Numbered from the stretch's first letter, positions 8,086 through 18,051 are shown. The stretch: DNA of 64,000 nucleotides from Phycisphaerae bacterium (GCA_028289375.1 JANQQK010000028.1:67318-131317), one strand, 5' to 3'. The notes: a model not told the origin generated them from the sequence alone. Program-made: numbers and translations.

Positions 8086-8853
8086 TTAGCCGTCAGCATC
8101 CGCCATCGCCTGTTCCAAGTCCTCGCGTGCCGTGGCGATGTCATCCATGATTTTGGCGACCTTGTGCTCCGCCGACATGAACGCGATCTGCTTCTGCACC
8201 ATGTCGGAGGTAGCTTTACGCATGGCCGCATCGGCGGCGAATTCCTTCTGCTGGAGCTTGTTTTCATGCTGGGATGTCTCCAGCGGGATCGTCTCGTTCT
8301 CCAGAATGTTGAGCTCATTTTGGCGAATCTCGAGCGATTTGCGGGCACGCTCGATACGTCGCTGACCACGACGAATCACGATCTCAGCCGTCTTGTCGGC
8401 CAAGTCCTCTTCCGAGTACATCATCTCGAGCTGCTGCAGCTCCTCTTCAGCCTCTTTCAGGCTGTCGGTCGCGCGCGTGAGGTTCAGCCGGGCCTGATCG
8501 ACGCGGACTTTGATCTCGTGATTGCGAAATTTCTCAACAGATGCACGGGCGAGTTCGACATCGCGACGGGCCTTGGATGTGTTCTGATCGTTGGCGACGC
8601 GCTGATGTTCGATGTCCAGGCCAGCCTTCGTGAGCTTTTCCTTGGCTTCGGCGAGGCTGCGCTCGAGGTTGGCGAGCTTGCGCTTCGCCTTGGCGATCTT
8701 CATCCGGGATTTGGCATCGTTCTTGTCGCCGTTGTCCGACTTGGCGCTCTCCTGCTCGGGTGCGAAGCTGGCTGATTCTGTTTCGGTCGTCTCGCAGCCA
8801 GTGAAGATGAGGGCGAGTGCTAGCAGGGCGAGCATGGGTAGGCGTGCTGTCAT
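8086..8853 (-). CDS. coiled-coil lipoprotein (unknown function)
   Basis: ATG 8853 with ACGGAGA upstream. Lipobox LALALIFTGC. The rest is a charged heptad-like sequence rich in K/E/A/R. Confidence 0.65.
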   Translation of the reverse strand: MTARLPMLALLALALIFTGCETTETESASFAPEQESAKSDNGDKNDAKSRMKIAKAKRKLANLERSLAEAKEKLTKAGLDIEHQRVANDQNTSKARRDVELARASVEKFRNHEIKVRVDQARLNLTRATDSLKEAEEELQQLEMMYSEEDLADKTAEIVIRRGQRRIERARKSLEIRQNELNILENETIPLETSQHENKLQQKEFAADAAMRKATSDMVQKQIAFMSAEHKVAKIMDDIATAREDLEQAMADADG

Positions 8854-8925
8854 CAATCGATCTCCGTTTCGTCGTGTTACGATTCTGAGACGCGAATTGT
8901 ACCAGCATGTCGCACCGCGCACAGG

Positions 8926-8951
8926 TGAAAATCACCCGACACGGTTGTCGG
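8926..8951 (-). terminator. possible intrinsic terminator after the carboxylase genes
   Basis: On the minus strand a CCGACA-N4-TGTCGG hairpin is followed by GTGATTTTC, about 25 nt after the stop at 8975. The T-tract is short. Confidence 0.3.
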
Positions 8952-8974
8952 ATATTGTGTTCAACGGGGCTGTG

Positions 8975-9493
8975 CTATTCGGTGCGGTCGAGCGTGACGA
9001 GCGTTGCATCGCGCTCGACGAGCTGCCCTTCGGTGCAATGGATGTCATTGATGACGGCGTCGGCAGGTGCTGAGAGCGTCATTTCCATTTTCATCGACTC
9101 CATGATGATCAATGGCTGATGCGCCTGCACACTGTCGCCGGCATCAACGAGGATCTTGAGAATCGTACCTGGCATTGGAGCGTTGATCAGGTTGCCCGAC
9201 GCACCCGCAGCCGCCGCTCCGCTGCGCTTCGGCGCCGTGTCGACGACGTTGAATGTGTACGACTGACCATCAAGCCAGACGAGGATGCGATCGCCCTCGC
9301 GATGCGTGACGTATCGGGAAATCCGGTTGTTCAAACGGATCAGTCCCGACGTCGGACCGGTCGCAGCCAAGTCAATCTCATGCGCCTCGCCGTCAATGAC
9401 AGCCACCAGGTTCGTTGGGTCGTCGGGGTCCGGACGTTGCAACTCGACGGCAACGGGATCGGGATGGGCGGCGGTGGAAAGCGTGGTTTTCAT
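8975..9493 (-). CDS. methylcrotonyl-CoA carboxylase alpha, C-terminal piece (BT-domain remainder plus biotinyl carrier domain)
   Basis: 172 aa from ATG 9493 (MKTTL...). Biotinylation motif IIMESMKMEMT near the C-terminus. It starts 1 nt after the stop of the biotin carboxylase ORF. Confidence 0.8.
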   Translation of the reverse strand: MKTTLSTAAHPDPVAVELQRPDPDDPTNLVAVIDGEAHEIDLAATGPTSGLIRLNNRISRYVTHREGDRILVWLDGQSYTFNVVDTAPKRSGAAAAGASGNLINAPMPGTILKILVDAGDSVQAHQPLIIMESMKMEMTLSAPADAVINDIHCTEGQLVERDATLVTLDRTE

Positions 9494-9494
9494 G

Positions 9495-10982
9495 TCAGGC
9501 GACCCTCCACGGACCAACGGTGTGCCACGGTGATTCCGTATTGATCGTGTGCGAAGCGGCAGACGTCGGCGTTGACGCGGTGGACTTGCAAACGGCAGCC
9601 GCAATGTACGCGGCAGGTGGCGGACTCGTCGGTGCGGCGTCGATCGCATGGTCGGCTAGGAAGTGCGTGTGCGTGTTGCCGGCCACGAACTCCGGATGAT
9701 TCAAAATGCGTCGCAGATAGGGGATGTTCGTGGTCGGGCCGAGGATGACGAAGTTGTCCAACGCATACGTCATGCGTGCGATGGCTTGTTCACGCGTTGG
9801 TGCCCACGCCAACAGCTTTGCGACCATCGGATCGTAATAGACGGTGATCTCCGAGCCCGCTGCCACGCCCGAGTCCGTGCGGATGTTCGTGCCCTGTGGC
9901 GGCTGATACATGTGGATGCGACCCGTGGCGGGGACGAAGTTATTGGCTGGGTCTTCAGCGTAGATGCGGCATTCAATCGCGTGGCCTGTTTGCTTGAGAT
10001 CGTCCTGCGAAAACGGCAGTTGTTCACCCGCGGCCACCAGCACCTGGGCGCGAACGAGATCCTGGTGCGTGGTCATCTCGGTCACCGGATGCTCGACCTG
10101 CAGACGCGTGTTGACCTCGAGGAAGTAGTACTGCCCATCCGGGGCGAGGATGAACTCGACAGTTCCGGCATTTGTGTAGCCAAGTGCCTTGCCGGCAGCG
10201 ACGGCCGATTCGCCCATCCGGTTGCGAAGATCCTCATCGAGCGCCGGCGAGGGCGTCTCCTCGATGATCTTCTGATAGCGACGCTGAATCGAGCATTCGC
10301 GCTCGAACAGGTGCACGACGTTGCCGTGGCTGTCGCCGAAGATCTGAAACTCGACGTGACGCGGTTTCTCGATGTACTTCTCGAGAAAGACGCGGGCGTC
10401 CCCAAACGCCGACCCCGCCTCGCGCGCCGCCGCCTCCCACGAGGCTTCCAGATCCTTCGCGTTTTCGACAAGCCGCATGCCTTTCCCGCCACCGCCAGCC
10501 GCCGCTTTGCACAGCAGCGGATAACCGATGCGGTCGGCCTCGGCTTGCACGACGTCGATCTTCGCGTTCGGGTCGCCGGACCAGCCGGGCACCGTGGGGA
10601 CGTTGGCGTCGTCCATCGTTTTCTTGGCTGTGATCTTGTCGCCCATCGCCGTGATGACCTCGGGCGTCGGGCCGATGAACGTGATGTTGTTTCGTCCGCA
10701 GGCTGCTGCGAATTCGGCGTTCTCGCTCAGGAAACCGTAACCGGGATGGATGGCGTCGGCCCCGGATTCCTTGGCGATTTCGATGATGTGGTCGGCCCGC
10801 AGGTACGTCTCGGCTGCGGTCTCGCCGGGCAGCGGATGGGCTTCGTCGGCGATCGCGACGTGCGGGGCAGCCGCGTCCGGAGCGGAGTAGACGGCCACAA
10901 CGGCGATGCCCATCTCACGCAACGTCTGCGCCACCCGAACCGCAATCTCGCCCCGGTTGGCAATGAGGACTTTCTTGAACAT
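9495..10982 (-). CDS. biotin carboxylase piece of an acyl-CoA (methylcrotonyl-CoA) carboxylase alpha subunit
   Basis: MFKKVLIANRGEIAVRV..., GYPLLCKAAAGGGGKGMR, EVNTRLQVEHPVTE are canonical ATP-grasp biotin carboxylase motifs. The tail ...SPWHTVGPWRVA resembles the start of the BT domain. Confidence 0.9.
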   Translation of the reverse strand: MFKKVLIANRGEIAVRVAQTLREMGIAVVAVYSAPDAAAPHVAIADEAHPLPGETAAETYLRADHIIEIAKESGADAIHPGYGFLSENAEFAAACGRNNITFIGPTPEVITAMGDKITAKKTMDDANVPTVPGWSGDPNAKIDVVQAEADRIGYPLLCKAAAGGGGKGMRLVENAKDLEASWEAAAREAGSAFGDARVFLEKYIEKPRHVEFQIFGDSHGNVVHLFERECSIQRRYQKIIEETPSPALDEDLRNRMGESAVAAGKALGYTNAGTVEFILAPDGQYYFLEVNTRLQVEHPVTEMTTHQDLVRAQVLVAAGEQLPFSQDDLKQTGHAIECRIYAEDPANNFVPATGRIHMYQPPQGTNIRTDSGVAAGSEITVYYDPMVAKLLAWAPTREQAIARMTYALDNFVILGPTTNIPYLRRILNHPEFVAGNTHTHFLADHAIDAAPTSPPPAAYIAAAVCKSTASTPTSAASHTINTESPWHTVGPWRVA

Positions 10983-11044
10983 GCCGGCATGGTAGCGGTG
11001 GCCGGGCGGCGTGTCACCGGACGCCGGGGTGGGGTGTTTGGTGG

Positions 11045-13087
11045 TTAGTCATCGTCGGGTGGAAGATCGTCGAGCCAGGATTGCATTTGTTCGACCATGT
11101 GAGGCATCTGGGCTTCGCGGTACATGTCTCGAGCTGTTCGCCAATAGTCGCGGCAGGTCTTGATGTCGTTCCGGTCGTGGTAGACGTTTCCGAGGTTGCC
11201 GTATTGGTTGGCTATTCCCTCGCGTTGTCCGAGTTGCTCGTTGATGTCGAGTGACTTGCGGAGGAATTCCTCGGCCTTGCCGAGATCGCCGCGTGTTCGA
11301 TAGATGAGTCCGAGGTTGCCGTATTGGTTGGCCATTCCCTCGCGTCGTCCGAGTCGCTCGTCGATGTCGAGCGCCTTGCGGAGAAACTCCTCGGCCTTCT
11401 CGAGGTCGCCGCGTGTTTGATAGATGAGACCGAGGTTGCCGTATTGGTTGGCCATTCCCTCGCGTCGTCCGAGTCTCTTGTCGATGTCGAGCGACTTGCG
11501 GAGGAATTCCTCGGCCTTGTCGAGATCGCCGCGTGTTTGATAGATGAGACCGAGGTTGCCGTATTGGGTGGCCATTCCCTCGCGTCGTCCGAGTTGCCTG
11601 TTGATGTCGAGCGCCTTGCGGAGGAATTCTTCGGCCTTGTCGAGGTCGCAGCGTATTTGATAGATGAGTCCGAGGTTGCCGTATTGGTTGGCCATTCCCT
11701 CGCGTCGTCCGAGTTGCTTCTCAATGTCGAGTGACTTGCGGTGGAATTCCTCGGCCTTGTCGAGTTGGCCGCGTGTTTGAAAGATGAGTCCGAGATTGCC
11801 GTATTGGTTGGCCATTCCCTCGCGTCGTCCGAGTTGCTTCTCAATGTCGAGTGACTTGCTGTGGAATTCCTCGGCCTTGTCGAGATCGCCGCGTGTTTGA
11901 TAGATGAGACCGAGGTTGCCGTATTCTGCGGCCAATCCTTCGCGTCGTCCCAGTTGCTCGTCGATGTCGAGCGCCTTGCGGAGGAATTCCTCGGCCTTGT
12001 CGAGATCGCCGCGTGTTCGATAGATGAGTCCGAGGTTGCCGTACTGGTTCGCCATTCCCTCGCGTCGTCCGAGATGCTCGTCGATGTCGAGCGATTTGCG
12101 GAGGAATTCCTCGGCCATGTCGAGGTCGCCGCGTGTTCGATAGATGAGTCCGAGGTTACCGTTTGCGGCCGCTTGCCAGGACAGGTCGTCCCCACACTTT
12201 GCGAGAACTTCTTTGTAGTTGTCCTCTGCTTGGTCAAGTCGTCCTTGGCCCTCATTGATGTGTCCAAGTCTGTTGATCGCGTCGAGATCATCGCCATCAA
12301 TGCGAATGATGGAATCGAGCCGTATTCGGGCTTCAGACCAGTCGCCTCTGATGTAGGCAGTCTCGGCGATTTCGCGGCAGAGTTCGATGTAGTCGGTGGC
12401 CATCTCGGCCATCTTGGCTTTGATCTCCGCTTCCTGTCGATCGGCCTCCTTGATGAGCCGATTTTGCATCAGCTCGATGTCGCCGGAGCGCCGCGCCTCG
12501 TCGATGGCGGCCTTGGCCTCCGGGTCGCCCGCTATCGACATTTTCTCGGCTCTGGCCAACGCCTTACGCAGTGTGTCGATCTCGCCCTTTGTCTTCGAAA
12601 GTTCGGACTGCATGCCGTCGATCGCGGTGTCTTTTTCTGCCACTGTTCTTTCGTAACGTCGCAGGATCAAGTCAATCGTCTCTTCGCTCGGTGACGCCTT
12701 GACCACGCGGACGAGTTCGAAGAGGCCAAATAGGACAGCCCCAGCCGTGAAGGATGCGGTCACAATGCTGCCGTTGTCGGTCGCGAATGCGACGAACGCT
12801 TCGGGGCCCCATTGATAGCGGGCGGACAAACTGAATATGGCTGTGGTACCCGCTGCAGCTGTTGCAAGACCGGTAGCTAATCTTCTGAAGAACGCCTCGG
12901 CGCGGCGAAACCACATCAGTGCGGCGGCGAGCGTGACCACCGCAGCAGCTTGGGTGTACCAGGCCGTGGGGGCGTAGCGGAGCAGGAGGGAGACAATGGC
13001 GGCTGCGGCGGGGATGAGGACGAAGGGGTTTCTGACGGCTGTCGCGAACCGTGATGTTGTCGTAGGTGCAGTGTCGGAATCGTGCAT
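11045..13087 (-). CDS. membrane-anchored tetratricopeptide (TPR_12-like) repeat protein
   Basis: ATG 13087 with GAGGA upstream. N-terminal hydrophobic helices and a coiled-coil stretch. Then about 10 TPR units of consensus GNLGLIYxTRGDLDKAEEFLRKSLDIxExLGRREGMANQY. Confidence 0.85.
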   Translation of the reverse strand: MHDSDTAPTTTSRFATAVRNPFVLIPAAAAIVSLLLRYAPTAWYTQAAAVVTLAAALMWFRRAEAFFRRLATGLATAAAGTTAIFSLSARYQWGPEAFVAFATDNGSIVTASFTAGAVLFGLFELVRVVKASPSEETIDLILRRYERTVAEKDTAIDGMQSELSKTKGEIDTLRKALARAEKMSIAGDPEAKAAIDEARRSGDIELMQNRLIKEADRQEAEIKAKMAEMATDYIELCREIAETAYIRGDWSEARIRLDSIIRIDGDDLDAINRLGHINEGQGRLDQAEDNYKEVLAKCGDDLSWQAAANGNLGLIYRTRGDLDMAEEFLRKSLDIDEHLGRREGMANQYGNLGLIYRTRGDLDKAEEFLRKALDIDEQLGRREGLAAEYGNLGLIYQTRGDLDKAEEFHSKSLDIEKQLGRREGMANQYGNLGLIFQTRGQLDKAEEFHRKSLDIEKQLGRREGMANQYGNLGLIYQIRCDLDKAEEFLRKALDINRQLGRREGMATQYGNLGLIYQTRGDLDKAEEFLRKSLDIDKRLGRREGMANQYGNLGLIYQTRGDLEKAEEFLRKALDIDERLGRREGMANQYGNLGLIYRTRGDLGKAEEFLRKSLDINEQLGQREGIANQYGNLGNVYHDRNDIKTCRDYWRTARDMYREAQMPHMVEQMQSWLDDLPPDDD
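11201..12160 (-). repeat. eight in-frame tandem 120-bp repeats (40-aa TPR units) inside the TPR gene
   Basis: Period 120 nt. Units 11321-11440 and 11441-11560 differ at 7/120 positions by hand alignment. More diverged units flank the array. Confidence 0.9.
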
Positions 13088-13258
13088 GGTCCTCGTAAGG
13101 TACAAGTCCGGAATGTGCGGGTCAAAATGCCGCGCGACTATTCTGAAGATCGCTCTCCGCACCCGTCGGTGACGAACAGGTTCGAATCGTTTAGTGTTCC
13201 TATGAATTGAGGTTCAATCGACTTGGCGAGCAACTTTTTGCGTGCAAGGAAACGGATC

Positions 13259-14671
13259 ATGCGAGGCGCTTGGGGTGTTTTGGTGTTGGTGGCGGGCGGT
13301 GTGGCGGTGGCTTCGGGAAAGGAGCCGGCGGCGAATGCTGATGTGACGTTTCATCGCGACGCGAAGCCATTGGCTGACGGGGCGGTCGTCGAGGATTGGC
13401 CTTGGTTTCTCGGCTTGCGGCATGACGGGGATTCACGCGAAAAGCCCATCATCGACGGCTGGGACGCCGACGGGCCGCCGCTCGTTTGGGAAATGAAAAC
13501 CGGCGAAGGATACGGTGCTCCGTCGATCGTCGGCGATCGCCTCGTCCACGCCTACCGTCGCGGCGGCGAAATCGTCGTCGACTGCGTGCGGCCAACGGAT
13601 GGCAAGCGCTGGTGGCGATGGACCTATCCCACGATGTACAAGGATCGGTTCGGCTTCAACGGCGGCCCACGATCAAGCCCCGTCATCGCCGACGGTCACG
13701 TCTACATCTATGGCCCCGACGGCTGGCTGTGCTGTCTCCAATTCGAATCGGGCAAGCTTGTGTGGAAGAAGAACCTGTCGGAAATGTACAAGGTGCGGCA
13801 GGACTTCTTCGGTGTTGGAACGACGCCGTTGTACGAGGCCGGCAAACTGATCGTCAATGTCGGGGCACCGGGTGGGCCATGCGTGGTCGCGCTCGATGCC
13901 AAAACGGGCAACGAAGTGTGGCGTGCCGGTGACAAGTGGGGCCCAAGCTACGCGTCGCCCGTCCCGGCCACATTCCACGGCAAGCGGCGCGTTCTCGTCT
14001 TGGCCGGCGGTGACAGCGACCCGCCAACCGGCGGCCTGCTGGTGCTCGACCCAACCGACGGGCGGATCGATTTCGAATACCCGTTTCGCTCGCGAAAGTA
14101 TGAATCGGTGTTGGCAGCATCACCGATTGTATTTGATAACAAAATATTCATTACATCCTCATACAAGACCGGTGGCGCTCTCATCGAAGTAAAGCCAGGC
14201 CTGGAGTACGCCGTCCGTTGGAAGAAGAACTCCCTTGGCGCACATTGGGCCACGCCGATCTACCGCGATGGTTTCATCTACGGCATGGATGGCGAAACGA
14301 TGCGTAAGGCTGCGGTTGTCTGCATCGATGCCGTGACCGGAAAGCGAAAGTGGCGAAATGAGCTGGAGTGGAATCGGGACATGCTCACGAAGTCCAGTGG
14401 CGTCAAATCGTTGAAGACGAGCGCCTTCCGTGGCTCCTTCATCGCAGCCGATGGGGCATACATCTGTCTAGGCGAGATGGGGCATCTGCTGCGGCTGGAC
14501 ATGTCACCGGAGCGTTGCGAGATGACGCATCGCGCTCAGCTATTCACCGCCACCGAGAGTTACGTCGCCCCGGTCCTGTCGAACGGATTGCTCTACGTCG
14601 TGCAGACGCGCGGCGGCAAACGCGCCGACGGCAAAGGCCGCCTGCTCTGCTACGACCTCCGCCGGCGATGA
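13259..14671 (+). CDS. PQQ-like beta-propeller repeat protein (BamB-like fold), secreted
   Basis: ATG 13259 after AAGGAAA. Signal peptide MRGAWGVLVLVAGGVAVASG. Repeated ...G..vW... blades (LVWEMKTGEGYGAPSIVGDRLV, GKLVWKKNL, GNEVWRAG). Confidence 0.8.
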   Translation: MRGAWGVLVLVAGGVAVASGKEPAANADVTFHRDAKPLADGAVVEDWPWFLGLRHDGDSREKPIIDGWDADGPPLVWEMKTGEGYGAPSIVGDRLVHAYRRGGEIVVDCVRPTDGKRWWRWTYPTMYKDRFGFNGGPRSSPVIADGHVYIYGPDGWLCCLQFESGKLVWKKNLSEMYKVRQDFFGVGTTPLYEAGKLIVNVGAPGGPCVVALDAKTGNEVWRAGDKWGPSYASPVPATFHGKRRVLVLAGGDSDPPTGGLLVLDPTDGRIDFEYPFRSRKYESVLAASPIVFDNKIFITSSYKTGGALIEVKPGLEYAVRWKKNSLGAHWATPIYRDGFIYGMDGETMRKAAVVCIDAVTGKRKWRNELEWNRDMLTKSSGVKSLKTSAFRGSFIAADGAYICLGEMGHLLRLDMSPERCEMTHRAQLFTATESYVAPVLSNGLLYVVQTRGGKRADGKGRLLCYDLRRR

Positions 14672-14840
14672 CCTCCGCGCAAGCGCGGCTGTTGCGAGTG
14701 AGCGATTGACAGACGCTGGCATGCTCTTGGGGGCCGAGCAGTTTCACGAAACAAAAGGCGATCGGTGGGAAGAACGCGTATGAACGGGTGGAGGGGCAGG
14801 CAGGGCGTGGGCGGCGTAGACTCGCCAATTGAGATTAGAC

Positions 14841-14914
14841 TGGGCGATAAGGGACTCGAACCCCCGACCTCACGGGTGTGATCCGTGCGCTCTAGCCAGC
14901 TGAGCTAATCGCCC
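14841..14914 (-). tRNA. tRNA-Val (anticodon CAC)
   Basis: The reverse complement folds as a 74-nt cloverleaf. Acceptor GGGCGAT/ATCGCCC, D-arm GCTC/GAGC, anticodon stem CACGG/CCGTG with loop AUCACAC, T-arm GGGGG-TTCGAGT-CCCTT. CCA is not encoded. Confidence 0.9.
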
Positions 14915-15059
14915 GACCATCATATCCTAACCTATCCCACCCCCGCGACAACCCCCAACCCCATGACACACCCAACCGCCACCCCTATAGTAACCGCTTG
15001 AGCACAACACAAGCGGCTTCGCAATCCGCGGCACACGGACAGACAAGAGCGACGATCCC

Positions 15060-16670
15060 ATGGACATCATCGAATCCAAGATTTCCCCCCAGGACCCCAC
15101 TTTCATCGAAAACCGCGATCACATGCGATCGCAGGTCGCCCAACTCAAGGATCGCCTCGAATCCGCCACGCTCGGCGGCGGCCAAAAATCGCGCGACCGT
15201 CACACCTCACGCGGCAAGCTTCTCGTCCGCGACCGCGTCGATCGCCTCATCGATCCCGATTCACCCTTCCTCGAGTTTTCCACCCTCGCCGCTCACGACT
15301 GCTACAACAACGACGCCCCCGCAGCCGGCATCGTCACCGGCATCGGCCGCATCCACAACACCGAATGCGTCATCGTCGCCAACGACGCCACCGTCAAAGG
15401 CGGAACCTACTACCCACTCACCGTCAAGAAACACCTCCGCGCCCAGGAAATCGCCCGCGAGAACAACCTCCCCTGCATCTACCTCGTCGACTCCGGCGGC
15501 GCCTTCCTGCCCAAACAGGATGAAGTCTTCCCCGACCGCGACCACTTTGGCCGCATTTTCTACAACCAGGCCCAACTCTCCGCCGCCCGCATCCCGCAGA
15601 TCGCCGTCGTCATGGGTTCCTGCACCGCCGGCGGCGCCTACGTCCCGGCCATGAGCGACGAATGCGTCATCGTCAAACAGCAGGGCACCATCTTTCTCGG
15701 CGGACCGCCCCTCGTGAAAGCCGCCACCGGCGAAGAAGTCTCCGCCGAAGATCTCGGCGGCGCCGACGTCCACTGCAGAACCTCCGGCGTCACCGATCAC
15801 TACGCAAACGACGACGAAGACGCCCTCGCCATCACACGAAACATCATTCACCACCTCAACCGACCGGCCAAACACCAGCTCCACATGGCCCCGCGCGAAG
15901 AACCCCGCTACGACCCGCACGACATCTACGGCATCGTCCAGAAGGACGTCCGCAAACCCTACGACGTCCGCGAGATCATCGCCCGCATCGTCGATGGCTC
16001 CCGCTTTCACGAATTCAAAGCGTTGTACGGCGACACCGTAGTCACCGGCTTCGCACACCTGTGGGGTTACCCCGTCGGGTTCGTCGCCAACAACGGCGTC
16101 CTCTTCGCCGAGTCCGCCAAGAAGGCCGCTCACTTTGTCGAGCTTTGCAGCCAACGCGGCGTCCCGCTCATCTTCCTGCAGAACATCACCGGCTTCATGG
16201 TGGGTCGAGAATACGAATCGGGAGGCATCGCCAAGGACGGTGCCAAAATGGTCGCCGCCGTTTCCAATGCAGCCGTTCCCAAATTCACCGTCCTCATCGG
16301 CGGATCATACGGCGCCGGAAACTACGGCATGTGTGGCCGAGCCTACCAACCACACCAACTCTGGATGTGGCCCAACGCCCGCATCTCCGTCATGGGCGGC
16401 GAACAAGCAGCAAACGTGTTGCTCACTGTCAAGAAAGACCAACTCGCCGCCAAGGGCGAATCGGCCATGTCCCCCGAGCAGGAAGCCGAATTCAAGCAAC
16501 CGATCCTCGACAAATACGAGACGGAAGGAAGCGCCTACTACTCCACCGCTCGCCTCTGGGACGACGGCATCATCGACCCCGCCGACACCCGCAAAGTCCT
16601 GGCCCTCGGCATCAGCGCCTCCCTCAACGCCCCCTTCCCCCAACGAACCCAAAGCGTCTTCCGCATGTGA
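15060..16670 (+). CDS. methylcrotonyl-CoA carboxylase beta (carboxyltransferase) subunit
   Basis: 536 aa. [41 protein letters not shown] closely matches the MCCC2/LiuB signature region. Carboxyl_trans fold throughout. Confidence 0.9.
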   Translation: MDIIESKISPQDPTFIENRDHMRSQVAQLKDRLESATLGGGQKSRDRHTSRGKLLVRDRVDRLIDPDSPFLEFSTLAAHDCYNNDAPAAGIVTGIGRIHNTECVIVANDATVKGGTYYPLTVKKHLRAQEIARENNLPCIYLVDSGGAFLPKQDEVFPDRDHFGRIFYNQAQLSAARIPQIAVVMGSCTAGGAYVPAMSDECVIVKQQGTIFLGGPPLVKAATGEEVSAEDLGGADVHCRTSGVTDHYANDDEDALAITRNIIHHLNRPAKHQLHMAPREEPRYDPHDIYGIVQKDVRKPYDVREIIARIVDGSRFHEFKALYGDTVVTGFAHLWGYPVGFVANNGVLFAESAKKAAHFVELCSQRGVPLIFLQNITGFMVGREYESGGIAKDGAKMVAAVSNAAVPKFTVLIGGSYGAGNYGMCGRAYQPHQLWMWPNARISVMGGEQAANVLLTVKKDQLAAKGESAMSPEQEAEFKQPILDKYETEGSAYYSTARLWDDGIIDPADTRKVLALGISASLNAPFPQRTQSVFRM

Positions 16671-16685
16671 CGAATCGATGTCTCT

Positions 16686-16738
16686 GGTAGGGCAGTACCG
16701 TCTTGCCTTTTCTTGTAGGGCAGGTGCTCGCACCTGCC
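16686..16738. repeat. REP-like hairpins (family 1) directly after the MCC-beta stop
   Basis: A degenerate copy GGTAGGGCAGTACCGTCTTGCC is followed by the perfect GGCAGGTG-CTCG-CACCTGCC (16719-16738), identical to 3503-3522. Confidence 0.7.
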
Positions 16739-16858
16739 GATTCATCGACTCACCGATTCCCACGAAATCAAGACGAATTTTTTTTGCAGCCATCCCATCA
16801 GGCCGAATCGCTCACCTATTAAAGGACTAATTGCGTCATTGACCCCGAACGGGACTTC

Positions 16859-18010
16859 GTGATCAAATGCGTCGAGTCCATTCGAGCACTACGCCAAGAC
16901 ACACAATATGCAGCGGACTCGACGATGTCCCTGTCGAATCAAGGGGCGATCACAACTTTGAAGCGATATGCGAAGGAACACAGCACTGGACAGCACTGCC
17001 TCCACCTTGCTAAACTCATCCTTGTTATGATATCTGGTGACTGTCGATCGATCATGCACAGACTCTCCAAGACTGGCATATTCAAACAACTCATATTCGC
17101 TCATCCCGCAGAGCGATCACTCTCGAGGGAGCTACGCACATGCGCCGTACTCACCTCCGTACTGATCGCAGTGTCCATCGGCTCATACTTTGCATACTAT
17201 AAGGATTTCGGATTCCTCGCAGCTCTTGTCATTGCCGCCTCGGCATGGGTTGTCCAGATGGTTTATGCAAGTCCGATTCTCCATTGGCTGATTCTGGGCA
17301 ATACACGAGATGTCGAGTCTGCAAAGAAAGCAGTGGCCATAGCAAGAGATCGAGTCGATTCAATCGCCGAATCCGAAATTGTGAACCGCACGATCGCTGT
17401 ACTAGACTTCTTCGCCAAGAAAGAGAAGCTTGAGCTCGCGTACTCGCGCCGCCTCGAAAAGTTCCTCCGAAACGTGGCATCGCTACTAATCTTTGCCTCA
17501 ACACTTGCCCCGTTCGCAACAGCAATAATCTACTTCTTCTCTTCACCGATTGATACGTCGTCAATTGCTGCCCTGATGGCACTCCCGCAAGGGATTAATG
17601 AGATGATTGACATCGAAGGAATCAATCTCGACCGAGATTGGCGAGTGCTCGCAAGCGGAGTTTCATTCGCCCTTGTCTTTCTCGGCGCAGCAGCTGCATT
17701 GATGACGCAGATCAAGCAACTCACACAGTGGACTTCTTTGCTAATGAGACGGACTACGGTGTTTCATATGTTGCAGTCGGGCATCGAGCTATCGAGGGGA
17801 AACGCGGATCAGGACTCAACCGTTGCTGCCGCGGAGCAGGTGGTTGCCCTCATGCTTGATCCTAAGTTTGTATTTGATCTAGCCTGTGGCGATTCCCTGA
17901 CGAACAATACGGAGTCAAGAGAATCGACGACCGACCGTCTCGCAAGCGTGCCATTCGTTAGCGACGCAGCGAAAGCCATCGTCGATTCCAAGGGTGCTTC
18001 CACAACATGA
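16859..18010 (+). CDS. hypothetical multi-pass membrane protein (orphan, lower GC)
   Basis: 383-aa ORF (GTG 16859; alternative ATG 16925) with at least 4 hydrophobic helices. No recognisable domain. Single 60-nt lines count 52% (16861-16920) and 45% GC (17041-17100). Start uncertain. Confidence 0.5.
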   Translation: MIKCVESIRALRQDTQYAADSTMSLSNQGAITTLKRYAKEHSTGQHCLHLAKLILVMISGDCRSIMHRLSKTGIFKQLIFAHPAERSLSRELRTCAVLTSVLIAVSIGSYFAYYKDFGFLAALVIAASAWVVQMVYASPILHWLILGNTRDVESAKKAVAIARDRVDSIAESEIVNRTIAVLDFFAKKEKLELAYSRRLEKFLRNVASLLIFASTLAPFATAIIYFFSSPIDTSSIAALMALPQGINEMIDIEGINLDRDWRVLASGVSFALVFLGAAAALMTQIKQLTQWTSLLMRRTTVFHMLQSGIELSRGNADQDSTVAAAEQVVALMLDPKFVFDLACGDSLTNNTESRESTTDRLASVPFVSDAAKAIVDSKGASTT

Positions 18011-18051
18011 AAACATCAGCACACTGTGTCAAGTTGAGCCGAACGACGTAG

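Noticed and set aside
8027-8086. TAATG one-base stop/start overlap between the coiled-coil lipoprotein gene and the long version of the prenyltransferase-repeat ORF
   Set aside because: The downstream ATG at 8026 gives a canonical signal peptide and has a GGAAAGAGG ribosome-binding site. The 20-residue extension (MHTRRVPVCFARSLLGKRYP) looks non-native, so the apparent overlap is probably not real.
9663-11048. 461-aa plus-strand ORF opposite the biotin carboxylase gene. Similar long shadows occur at 15261-16154, 22292-23260, 29028-30554, 31194-32252, 35438-36892, 39226-40665 and 63151-63879.
   Set aside because: Each is antisense or out of frame to a gene with unmistakable enzyme motifs, and each has low-complexity R/G/P/H-rich composition.
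11201-12160. Regular 120-bp repeats, considered as a possible CRISPR-like or satellite array
   Set aside because: The repeats are contiguous with no unique spacers. They are in frame and encode TPR units of one long ORF, so this is a coding tandem repeat and not CRISPR.
14675-14688. CCGCG-CAAG-CGCGG hairpin after the PQQ propeller gene as a terminator
   Set aside because: It has only 5 bp and no T-tract, which is too weak to call.
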